From Octopus sinensis (taxonomy: Eukaryota): a DNA stretch of 64,000 nt. The stretch covers positions 27,279,360 to 27,343,359 of the forward strand of contig NC_043019.1 in NCBI RefSeq assembly GCF_006345805.1, in the 5' to 3' direction. The translations under genes were made by a program, and so were the position numbers. Shown here piece by piece: positions 39,605-51,301 of the stretch. The notes under the pieces were generated by a model. The model was not told where the DNA came from and did not search any database. It worked only from the letters and a program-made list of their open reading frames with translations. Every line of letters starts with the position of its first letter. Position 1 is the first letter of the stretch.

Positions 39605-40135
39605 AGTGTGTGTGTGTGTGTGTAGCTTTGTGTATCTGTGTGGGTGTGTAGTTTTGTTTATCTGTGTAGATGTGTGTGTGTATGTAGCTTTGTGTATCTG
39701 TGTGAGTGTGTGTGTGTGTAGCTTTGTGTATCTGTGTGAGTATGTAGTTTTGTTTGTATGTGTGTAGGGGTGTATGTATGTGTGTATAGCCTTTTTTATC
39801 TGTGTGGATGTGTAGGGGTGTATGTATGTGTGTGTATAGCTTTGTGTATCTGTGTGGGTGTGTAGTTTTGTTTGTATGTGTGTAGGGGTGTATGTATGTG
39901 TATATAGCTTTGTGTATCTGTGTGGGTGTGTAGTTTTGTTTATCTGTGTAGATGTGTGTGTGTGTTTATATGTAGCTTTGTGTATCTGTGTGAGTGAGTG
40001 TGTGTACCTTTGTGTATCTGTGTATGTAGTTTTGTTTGTATGTGTGTATAGCTTTGTGTATCTGTGTGGGTGTGTAGTTTTGTTTATCTGTGTCGGGGTG
40101 GCTGGCTACATATATTTATGTTTGTGTGTAACTGT
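39605..40135. repeat. TG-rich compound minisatellite
   Basis: Recurring TGTGTAGCTTTGTGTATCTGTGTG / GTAGTTTTGTTT units. Confidence 0.85.
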
Positions 40136-40439
40136 GTGAAAGAGAGAGGCTGATGTAGTTTCTATATCATGGCCTGTGGCTCCTGTGATTCCTTAGAAGA
40201 CAAGGAATGGGATGGGTGCAGTGGAGCCTTATCATCTAAAGGAAGGGTAGTATTAGTGTATGTATGTGGCTGTGTGTATTTGGGATAATGTGGTAGGTCT
40301 GTATGATAGCAGTGTATGAGTGTATATGTTGGTTCTCCTTTAACCCTTTCTTTACCATATTTATTTTGAGATGCTCTGAGTTTCAGTTAATTTTAAAGAA
40401 GCTTGTTGTATATATATGTATATGCTTATGCTAGTTCCC

Positions 40440-40960
40440 TTATGAAATTATTGTATACAGTGCTCAGGTGCACCACAACTTGTCAGAAAGTGCGTATAAA
40501 GCATATGCAGTAATGTACAAATGTCTGGAAAGCAAACAGTGTATGAGTCAGATACATGCCTCTGTGTGTATGGAGGGGAGAAAATCAGGTGTAGTGTTGG
40601 CGAATCTCAGAAAGCATGGAAGTTTTGAAGGATGCAGTGCTCCGACAACTAACAACTGATGCCGGCAGTTTGTTCCATGCTTCAGCAACTCTTAGCGTGA
40701 AAAAATGTTTCCTAAAGTCATGGGAGCTGTGCTGTTTTCTGACTTTGTAAATATGTCCACGGGTGTTAGATGGGTGGAGTTCAAAAAGGTGCTCAGAGTT
40801 ATTGTTTGTAAGATGGTTGATAATTTTATGGGTGTCTGCCAAGTTAGCTGCCAGATGTCGGAGTTTCAATGTGTCCATGCCCAGGGAAGTAAGGCGTTCA
40901 GAATATGGCAAATGCCTGATGGAGGGTATTCTTTTGGTTGCATGTCGCTGAACGGCTTCC
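40440..40960 (-). mobile_element. CR1/L2-clade LINE 3' end (RT C-terminus and 3' UTR); same family at 15128-15425 (+) and 62215-62700 (+)
   Basis: ORF YSERLTSLGMDTLKLR...SNTRGH..K..RKHFFTLRVAEAWNKLP is the typical CR1 ORF2 end. Confidence 0.85.
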
Positions 40961-41096
40961 AGACGATTGATATCCTTATGTTACTAATACTGTTCATTAG
41001 AAGAAAGGCATGAACATCACAGCATCTCATTTGTTCTTCCTTTAAAACGTTGCTTCCAACCATTTGTGTTTAGTAAAGAATTTTATTTTGTTTCAG

Positions 41097-41248
41097 AGAC
41101 AAGACTTTGGTTCCTGAAACCAATCATTTGGTGTCTTCTGACTTTGAAGGCTGGATCTTAATGAATGTTACCAATGCTGCAGACTCTTGGACCATCATGC
41201 CAGCTTCCAATATGGGTCTTTTTCTCAGAATCACTGACATGAGCACAG
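41097..41248 (+). CDS. BMP5-8: BMP5-8 exon 3 (prodomain)
   Basis: Acceptor ttttgtttcag|; encodes DKTLVPETNHLVSSDFEGWILMNVTNAADSW...NMGLFLRITDMST (EGWxxxNVT motif); donor G|gtggga; 152 nt, phase 2 to 1. Confidence 0.93.
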
Positions 41249-41503
41249 GTGGGATTTTCATAAATTTTTTGTGGGGGGGGGTCTTTTATTTACCCTTACT
41301 CTCTTTTACTTGTTTCAGTCATTTGACTGCGACCATGCTGGAGCACCGCCTTTAATCGAGCAACTCAACCCCGGGACTTATTCTTTTTGTAAGCCCAGTA
41401 ATTATTCTATCGGTCTCTTTTGCCAAACCGCTAAGTAACGGGGACATAAACACACCAGCATCAGTTGTTAAGCAATGCTAGGGGGACAAACACAGACACA
41501 CAA

Positions 41504-41534
<31 letters not shown>

Positions 41535-42845
41535 CATACATACGACGGGCTTCTTTTCAGTTTCCGTCTACCAAATCCACTCACAAGTCTTTGGTCGGCC
41601 CGAGGCTATAGTAGAAGACACTTACCCAAGGTGCCACGCAGTGGGACTGAACCCAGAACCATGTGGTTGGTAAACAAGCTACTTACCACACAGCCACTCC
41701 TGTGCCTATTTGTTCATCTTTTTATTTTTTATGTTTCAATCTTTCAACTGCTGCTCAGGTGGGGGCACCACCTTTGAAGGGTTTCAGCCAAAAAATCAAC
41801 CCCAACACTTATGATTTTTTAAGCCTGGTACTTACTCTATCATTCTCTTTTTGTTGAACCACCAAGTCACAGGGTCATAAACAAATTAACACCAATTGTC
41901 AAGTGATGGGTGAGTGGGATACAAACAAATACACACACACACAGTGGGCTTCTTTCATCTACCAAATCCATTCGCAAGGCTTTGGTTGGCTCAGGACTAT
42001 AGTAGAAAACACTTGCCCAAGGTACCATGCTGTGGGACTGAACCTGGAAACTTGTGTTTGAGAAGCAAATTTCTTGCCACACAGCCACTTCTAAATTTAG
42101 AGGCAGTTAATGCTTTCTTTTATTTTGAAAATCTATCTGCATAGACAGAGAGTGAGAGAGAAACCGAGGTAGACATGTGCATGGAGGGGGAGACACACAC
42201 ACACACACACGACACTCACCCACACAACACTCACACACACACACCCGACACACACACACACACACACACGTGCGCAGCTTTTTCATTTGTCCATAAAAGC
42301 GAATGATCAAGCTTATATATGATCTCTCAACTTGCTTGAAATAGTAACCAAATTTCCCTCAGATAACACCTTCCTATCTTACAAAAGAAAAAAAGATACA
42401 TTGGATAACACTGTACTAAATACAAAATATCAGAGAAAAAGACAGAATGGTCATGAGTGAATCAAAGGTAAACTTTATTTAATTGTTTCTGTTTTCAATT
42501 TCTAAACATGTGTGGGAGTTTGTTAAAAATAATTGTACACTCCTTTATATTTCTAAATTGTTCGTTTAAATCTTTATCTTTTCTTGTTTCAAATATAATT
42601 TTCCCAGAGCTTATATTGAATGTGTTGGCATTCAGATTTCTCTGTCAAATCTAATGCTTATTTATTCTCATCATTTTGTATTAATCCTGCATTATCTCAT
42701 AGCTTCGAAATTCCTATGATGTGATTGTTTATCTTTAGAATGACATTGTAGAGTAGGTGTGAGAGACCAGATCTGGTTGGGATGGATGTAAAACAGACAG
42801 AATATTTAGGCCAGCCATGACCAGTTTAAATGCTAAAGTGTTGAG

Positions 42846-42921
42846 CTTTAAAAGTCCTTAACTGCAGTTAAGGACTTTAAAAGTCCTTAACTGCAGTTAA
42901 GGACTTTAAAAGTCCTTAACT
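42846..42921. repeat. 29-bp tandem repeat built from two alternating palindromes
   Basis: Unit GGACTTT-A-AAAGTCC plus TTAACTGCAGTTAA, about 2.6 copies. Confidence 0.95.
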
Positions 42922-43011
42922 TTTTCTCTTACCCTTTATTTCTCCTTTTGATTTACTGTTCCATTTATTGACCCATATTTACTTTCTTCTCTTTTCTTTC
43001 CATTGTTGTAG

Positions 43012-43206
43012 GTCAAGAATTAAGACCCAACCATATCGGTATTGTAGGACATAGAGGAGACCCCGATAAGCAGGCGTTTTTGGTCTGCTTTTTCAAGATG
43101 AGTCGACAGCTTCATGTACGACGAACACGTTCTGCACGGCGGCAAATGGATACTCGTACAGCAGTTTCACGTCGCGATGATTCTCAATCAACATGGAGAC
43201 GGACAC
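43012..43206 (+). CDS. BMP5-8: BMP5-8 exon 4 (prodomain end, RRTR furin site)
   Basis: Acceptor cattgttgtag|; encodes QELRPNHIGIVGHRGDPDKQAFLVCFFKMSRQLHVRRTRSARR...STWRRT; donor C|gttagt lies just before an in-frame TAG; 195 nt, phase 1 to 1. Confidence 0.9.
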
Positions 43207-43385
43207 GTTAGTTATTTATTTTCTTTTGCTGTTCTGCTTTGCGGTTACAATCATGTCACAAAAGTCAGGTGGCGGCCCAATGATAACATGTACTACAGTG
43301 GAACTAAAAATATTCTGCAGTCACTAATAATCATTATGTACCAAAGGTTTCATTCAAAGATTGATTGCAATATGTAATAATGTTA

Positions 43386-43417
<32 letters not shown>

Positions 43418-43916
43418 GATGATGATGATGACAATAATAATAAGGCGAGCTGGCAGAAACGTTTACACACCGGGCGAAATGCTAAGCAGTATTTCATCTG
43501 TCTTTACATTCTGAGTTCAAATTTCACCAAGGTCGAATTTGCCTTTCATCCTTTCAGGGTCGATAAATTAAGTACCAGTTGCATACTGGAGTCAATCTAA
43601 TCAACTGGCCCCCTTCCCGAAAATTTCAGGCCTTGTGCCTAGAGTAAACGAAAGCAGCGAACTGGCAGAAATGTTAATTACGCTGGGTGAAATGCTTAGC
43701 AGTATTTCGTCTGTCTTTATGTTCTGAGTTCAAATTCCACCGAGGTCGACTTTACCTTTCATTCTTTCGGGGTTGATAAATTAAGTACCAGTTGCATACC
43801 AGGGTCAATGTAATCGACTGACCCCCACTTGCCAAAAATTTCAGGCCTTGTACTTAGAGTAGAAAAGAATATTGATGTTTTGTTCTACATGCTTCACTCT
43901 CTCTGTTCTCTTCTAG

Positions 43917-43984
43917 GACGTTATGTACGACCAGTCTGCCAAAGAAACACAATGTATGTTGACTTTGAAGCTTTAGGTTGGCAG
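43917..43984 (+). CDS. BMP5-8: BMP5-8 exon 5 (start of cystine-knot ligand domain)
   Basis: Acceptor ctcttctag|; encodes (R)RYVRPVCQRNTMYVDFEALGWQ; donor CAG|gtaagt; 68 nt, phase 1 to 0. Confidence 0.95.
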
Positions 43985-45114
43985 GTAAGTCTTTTGTTTC
44001 TCTCTGCATTTTGGGTCTGTGTAGGGAAGGAACAATGTCCCTCACCATTTTCGTTTCTCTTGTTTCTGTCACGTCTCCTCCTTGCCTGAATTAGTGGGAG
44101 AGATACTTTAGGTAATGTTGTAAATTAGGAATGTTTCAGTTCAGGTAAGATATATGTTTTTCTACTCTAGGCACAAGGCCCAAAATTTTGGGGGAGGGGG
44201 CCAGTTGATTAGATTTATCCCAATACGCCACTGGTACTTAATTTATCAACCCCAAAAAGATGAAAGGCAAAGTCAACCTCAGCAGAATTTGAACTCAGAA
44301 CGTAAAGACAGATGAAATATTGCTAAGCATTTTGCCTGGCATGTTAACATTTCTGCCAGCTCACCCGCTTTACATTGACAAGACTCTAAGCAGAAGGCCC
44401 AAAATTTTGGGGGAGGGGCCCAGTTGATTAGATCAACCCTATTATGCAACTGGTACTTAATTTATCGACCCCAAAAGGATGAAAGGCAAAGTCAACCTCG
44501 ACAGAATTTAACTCAGAACATAAAAACAGACGAAATACCGCGAAGCATTTCGCCCGGCATGTTAACATTTCTGCCAGCTTGCCACATTTCATATAAGATA
44601 TACTGTGTAAGTCCTTGTCTGGTTAAGAATTTTGCTTTGGAACCATGTGGTTTAGGGGTTCAGTCCTACCATATGGATGCTGTCAAGTTGGCATCCTGAA
44701 CCGTAACCATGGGTTGAGCAATATTTTGTGAGTGAAATTGGTCGACAGAAACTAAACGAGTCCATCATATGTACATGCACGTATCTGTGTGTGTGTGTGC
44801 ATGTCTGTATGTGTATGTATCTGTGTTTGTACATGTATGCATCTGCATGTATATGTGTACATATCTGTATGCATGTGTATCTATGTATCTGTGTGCGTGT
44901 GTGTTTGTGTGTGTGTTTGCATCTATGCATGTCTGTATTTGTGTGTGTATATGTGGCTGTGTGCATCTATGTAGCTATGTGTGTATCTGAGTGTACACGA
45001 ATCTGTGTGTGTCACAAATTTATAACCCCTTTCCTATGTAAGTAATCAATTAAAAGACGTAATTATTTCTTCATTTGCTTTTTTCTTTATTTTCTCCTTT
45101 TTTTTCCCCCGCAG

Positions 45115-45375
45115 AGTTGGATCATTGCACCTGAGGGTTACTCTGCATTCTACTGCGACGGCGACTGCATATTTCCTCTCGGTCTGAACATGAACGCCAC
45201 AAATCATGCCATTGTACAACTTCTGCTTCATACAGTGAAATCTCAGACAATGCCTAAGCCCTGCTGTTCCCCTACCAAACTGAGTGCCATCTCTGTGCTC
45301 TACTTTGATGATAATTCCAATGTCATTCTCAAGAAATATCGAAGTATGAAGGTGAAGGCTTGTGGCTGTCACTAG
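45115..45375 (+). CDS. BMP5-8: BMP5-8 exon 6 (mature ligand domain to stop)
   Basis: Acceptor ttttcccccgcag|; encodes [39 protein letters not shown]...[39 protein letters not shown]. All 7 cystine-knot Cys are present across exons 5-6. Exon lengths sum to 1284 nt = 427 aa + stop. Confidence 0.97.
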   Translation, partial: SWIIAPEGYSAFYCDGDCIFPLGLNMNATNHAIVQLLLHTVKSQTMPKPCCSPTKLSAISVLYFDDNSNVILKKYRSMKVKACGCH

Positions 45376-45960
45376 TGTTCACCTCATACCTCTACGTCTT
45401 GTAAGACTGTATTGCACACACACACACACATTCATTGGACTCCTGCTAGCCGAAAGACATTGATGCATGTGTGCATGGGACGGCTGAGTGCACTTGCAAT
45501 GCCACTGTCCTGTTTTTTATTTTTCTTTTGCGTTTTCAATTTGGGTGTGCAACAAATGTTGCACATTTGCAGGTATCAGGATTTAGTATTTTTTTATGTA
45601 CAGTCTCTATGGACATATGATGAATGAACGTGTATGGCTGTGTGTGTGAGTATGGCTCTGTGTGTGAGTGTGTGTATGCTTGTATATATCTGTATACCTC
45701 TTTCAATTCATGTTACAGTTGGTGAGGTCCTCAAGAATACTGCTGAAAACAGTAAAATGCAAAAAAATAAACTATACACATGCCTATACTCATAGGCGCA
45801 GGAGTGGCTATGTGGTAAGTAGCTTGCTTATGAACCACATGGTTCCGGGTTCAGTCCCACTGCGTAGCACCTTGGGCAAGTGTCTTCTACTATACCCTCG
45901 GGCCAACCAAAGCCTTGTGAGTGGATTTGGTAGACAGAAATTGAAAGAAGCCAGTCGTAT

Positions 45961-45996
<36 letters not shown>

Positions 45997-48900
45997 ATGT
46001 TTGTGTATTTGTGTTTGTACCCCCAACATTGCTTGACAACCGATGCTGGTGTGTTTACATCCCCGTAACTTAATGGTTCGGCAAAAGAGACCGATAGAAT
46101 AAGTACTAGGCTTACAAAGAATAAGTCCTGGGGTCGATTTGCTCGACTAGAGGCGATGCTCCAGCATGGCCACAATCAAATGACTGAAACAAGTAGAAGA
46201 GATACCACACACTCACACTACACATATACACTCTCACACCTTCATACACACATGTATATACATACCATATGGACTTACATTTTCTGGTCACAAAAACAGG
46301 GTTTAACTGCTGTAAAGAACATCAAGAACAAAAACAAGTCTGCCTCAAAATAAGAAAAACAAACCTTTTTTATTTGTAAATAATTAAATAATTAATTACC
46401 TTCCCTGCCACTTCACCACCTCAACCTCTTTGTTTTTATTTCTGTATCATCTTAATTGTTTAATTGCTAAAAACTTTGTAATATTAAAGTCTTTAACAAA
46501 CAGAAGACCTTAGACATGAGGGACAGATATGGCTAATTAAATCAGCCTCCAATATTCAAGTATTAGCTAAAGATAACCCCATACACAATAGACGAACTTT
46601 TGATCACCTGGTCTTTCAAACAGGTTGTGGAAATTTTAGGAACACTACAAAATGTGGCTATGTAGTAGGAATACAGTTCTATATCTAAGAGATGAGGAAT
46701 TATGTACATCATCATCGTTTAACTGTTTTCCATGCTAGCATGGGTTGGACTGTTTGACCGGGGTCTGGGAAGCCAGGGGGCTGCACCAGGCTCCAGTCTG
46801 ATCTGGCAGTGTTTCTACCGCTGGATGCCCTACCTAACACCAACCACTCCATGAGTGTAGTGGGTGCTTTTTACGTGCCACCGGCAGTCCTCATCTTGTT
46901 TGTTGTTAACACAACGTTTTGGCTGATATACCCTCCAGCTTTTGTCAGGTGTCTTGGGGAAATTTCAAACCTGGGTTCTCGTTCCTAAGGTATTTTTCCA
47001 TGTTATTTTTATTATTATTCAATTCACTGCTTGGAATTGAACTCTGAAGCTTGGGGTTAGCAGCCCGCGCTCTTAACATGGGCATATGGCATAGTGGTTA
47101 AGAGCACGGGCTACTAACCCCAAGATTCCGAATTCGATTCCAAGCAGCAACCTGAATAATAATAATAATAATATATTTCTTTATTGCCCACAAGGGGCTA
47201 AACAGAGAGGGGACAAACAAGGACAGACAAAGGGATTAAGTTGATTACATCGACCCCAGTGCGAAACTGGTACTTTATTTATCGACCTCAAAAGGATGAA
47301 GGGCAAAGTCAACCTTGGCGGAATTTGAACTGAATAATAATAATAATAGTAACATAGAAAAATACCTTAGGAATGAGAACCCAGGTTTGAAATTTCCCCA
47401 AGACACTTGGTGAAGGCTGGAGATGAGGACAAATATCCGTCAAATGTAAATAATATAAATAATGTGTAGTAGGAAGTTTGCTTCCCAACCACAAGGTATA
47501 CATATATCATCATCGTTATCATCTAATGTCTGCTTTCCATGCTGGCATGAGTTGGATGGTTTGACTGAAAACTGGTAAGCTGGGAACTGCACCAGGTTCC
47601 AATCTGATTTGGCACGGTTTCGTCTGCTGGATGCCCCTTTTCTACAGCTAGGAAGGGCATCCAGCTGTAGAAACCACGCCAAATCACATTGGAACCTGGT
47701 GATCTGTGCATGCATGTCTTTGTGTCTGTCCCCCACCACCACCTCTACCTATTTCTTTATTACCCACAAGGGGCTAAACAAGGACAGACAAACGGATTAA
47801 GTCAATTACATCAACCCCAGAAAGGATGAAAGGCAAAGTTGACCTCGGCAGAATTTGAACTCAGAACGTAACAGCAGATGAAATACCGCTAAGCATTTCG
47901 CCCGGCGAGCTAACGATTCTACCAGCCCACCACCACCTCTACCGCTTGACAACCGTTGTTGGTGTGTTTATGTCCCCTTAACTTAGTGGTTCAGCAAAAG
48001 ATTTCAATAGAATAAGTACCAGGCTTTAAAAAATATAAGTCAGGGGGTCAATTTGTTTGACCAATACCCTTCAAGGCGGTGCCCCAGCATGGCCACTGCC
48101 TAACGAATGAAACAAGTAAAAGATAAAAGAATATTTTAATAAAGAATAACCCTGTGGGAGATTTTACTGCATTGTTCTTGGAGGTGAATGGCTTAGTGGT
48201 TCCAGTCTTGGACTCATGAGTGTAAGATTGTGGTTTCAATTCCTGGACGAGGCAATACATTGTGTTCTTGAGCAAAACACTTCATTTCACACTGCTCCTG
48301 TCCACTCAGCTGGGAAAATTGAGTAATCCTGTGATGAACTTGTGAAGATATATGCCACAGAATCCAGGAAACCAATTCTATGAATCTGTATGACTCAGGA
48401 AAAACTTCTTTTTTTTAAAATTGTTTTTGGCCTTCTAATATACCATTGCTGCAACTTTACAAAATCAATTTACTGCTGCTACCTTTATCTGCCAAGTAAT
48501 TTTTCAGCATGCCAGGCGAAATGCTTAACAGTACTTCGTCTGCCACTATGTTCTGAGTTCAAATTCCGCCGAGGTCAACTTTGCCCTTCATCCATTCAGG
48601 GTCGATTAAATAAGTACCAGTTACGCACTGAGGTCGATATAATCGACTTAATCCATTTGTCTGTTCTTGTTTGTCCTCTCTGTGGGTAGTAAAGAAATAG
48701 GTATTCGTCTGCCGTTACATTCTGAGTACAAATTCCACCAAGGTTGACTTTGCCTTTCATCCTTTCGGGGTCGATTAAATAAGTACCAGTTACGCACTGG
48801 GTTCGATGTAATCAACTTAACCCCTTTGTTTGTCCCACTATGTTTAGCCCCTTGTGGGCAATAAAGAAATAAGAAGCTTGCTTTCCGACCACATGGTTCT

Positions 48901-49938
48901 GGGTTCAGTCCCACTGTGTAGGGACTTTAAGCAAGTATCCTTGTGAGTGGATTTGGTAGACAGAAACTGAATCTTTTATGAAAAGAATTTTGGTCTGGGA
49001 CACCCATCAATTTGACTGGCACTGCAATTGTCTATAGGACCTGTGACCATTGAGAAAAAAATTAGCAATGAAATGACAAGCAAAAATTAAACAAGTCCAA
49101 CAGTCAACAAAAATTTATTAAACCAAGTCAATCAAAAGTTTAAATAAGGAAAGAGCAGAGTAGTTAATCCATTCTCAAGAAAGTGTTCAGGTCATTAGAT
49201 GTCTTTTATAACTGTTATCCAAGTGTTACTAAAAAATGTTCTCCAGATGGAAACAGCAAGCTTATATTTTTCTCATTTTTCTGTTACCACATACATATGT
49301 ATATATGTATATATAAATATAATGTGAGTGGGTAATTCACAGTTATATAACCTAAAGGCAAAAATATATACATCATTGAACAAGGAATCTAATCAGCACA
49401 AATATTGCTAGAAATAAGAGTTGAAACAACTCAATAGCACATACATACGTATTTACACACACACACATATTAACAGTTGAAAACAAAATAAATATTTGGA
49501 ATGCTTATAAGTAACAATCTATGAAAACTAATCAAAATAGCTTGTTGTAATTTTAAATCATTGGCTACATTTGAAACTCTCTACAGATGAGCTCTAGGAC
49601 CATATTAAAGGATTCTTTTTCAGATTCCAATGATTTCAGAATCAGAAAGATACATGCCAGTGAAATCACCACTACCATCGTCATCATCATTATCATCATC
49701 AAGACCAACACAAAATTCAGCATCTTCGCAATATGAGATCCAGAATATTGATGCATCAGCATCATCTCGTTTTAATATCCACTTTTCCATGCTTGCATGG
49801 GTCGGACGGAGTTAATTGAGGCAAATCTTTTACAGTAGGATGCCATTCCTGTCACCAACCATTACCCGTTAACCAAGCAAGGTAACATTACCCCATTACC
49901 AGTAACACTACTTGTATGACTGTGACAATCATTTATAA

Positions 49939-50262
49939 CAGTGATTCTCAACCATCTTTTGACCTATGGACCCCTTTGATTAGTATTTTATTCTGGTGGA
50001 CCTGCACTCCACTCCCATAGCCATTAGATGTTTTAAAACTAATTTTATAGATACTCCTTTCAAAATTCCTTAATTTGTTATTCACTTGCGTAGGTTGAAC
50101 GATTTAAAATTTCAGAGGAAAAAATTTATTTGTTTCTTGCAATAAATTATCTAAAGCAATTTTTTCATGAACCTTTAAAATATTACTGTGACTCTTCAAT
50201 TTACTATTTTGCTTGCTTGGACCCTCAAAAATCTCATATGGACCCCTGGTTCAGAACCATTG
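49939..50262. mobile_element. hAT-like MITE with 8-bp TSD
   Basis: Ends CAGTGATTCTCAACC / GGTTCAGAACCATTG; flanks ATTTATAA (49931-49938) and ATTTACAA (50263-50270). Confidence 0.75.
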
Positions 50263-51301
50263 ATTTACAACCATCCCAGAATGTTAAGACGGGAAGACAC
50301 AAACACACACTATCAAATCCACCAGCCTGTTTCAGTCCTCGGCTGTAACCATTTCATTTATATAGGCTTATTAATGTCATATGTTGTTAAAAATAGAAGG
50401 ACCACCATTGATTGAGAAAGTGGAATTAAAAGAAATTAATTAGTTTAATTGGTTAAGTTAGCAAATTACAAAGAATAAAATAAATGTCCAATTATATGTT
50501 CTTGGTTCACGACAGATTCAGTCCCACTGCATGGTACCTGAGGCATGTGTTGATTACAATAACCTCATGTTGGCCTATGCTTTGTGAGTAGAATGTGTGT
50601 ATGTGTATAGGCTTGGCTGTGTGATAAGAAACTTGCTTCCCAACCACATGGGTCTGGGTTCAGTCCCATTGCGTGGTACCTTGGGCAAGTGTATTCTACT
50701 AGTCTCGGGTCAACCAAAGCCTCATGAGTGGAGTTGGCAGACAGAAATTGGAAAAAGGCTCTTTGTAAATATATGTGTGTGTGTTTGTCCTCCCATCACT
50801 ACTTGACAACCAATGTTGGTGTGTTTACATCCCCATGGTTCAGTGAAGGAGACCAATAGAAGAATAAGTATTAGGCTTTCAAAACAAAGTCCTGGGGTCG
50901 ATTTGTACAACTAAAACCCTTCAGGGCAATGCTCTAGCATGGCCGCAGTCAGATGACTGATACAAGTAAAAGAACAAAAGAATGTGTGTGTATGCATAGA
51001 GAGATATATATACACATTTGTGTGTGCCAGTTTAAAATGGTGTTGTGTTGCAGAATGCTAAAGCATAATTTCATTTGATAAATAGAGAACTGTAAATACC
51101 AGGTTGAAATAAGTGCGAGAAGGGGTATGTCCGTTCTAGTGAGGACTATAATATTTCTACATCTAGAGACATTTACAAAATTTGACCATACATAAGTTAA
51201 TTTATACATACATCAGCATATATACAACTTGATTTGTACAGCTAATCATACAAAATAATGAACTGATTAAAAGTAAAACTACACACATACAGAGAATGTA
51301 C

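Noticed and set aside
47080-47155. tRNA-like sequence as a real tRNA gene (also 16221-16300)
   Set aside because: The 5' GGGCATA has no complementary 3' acceptor strand and the T-stem pairs poorly; it is a SINE head
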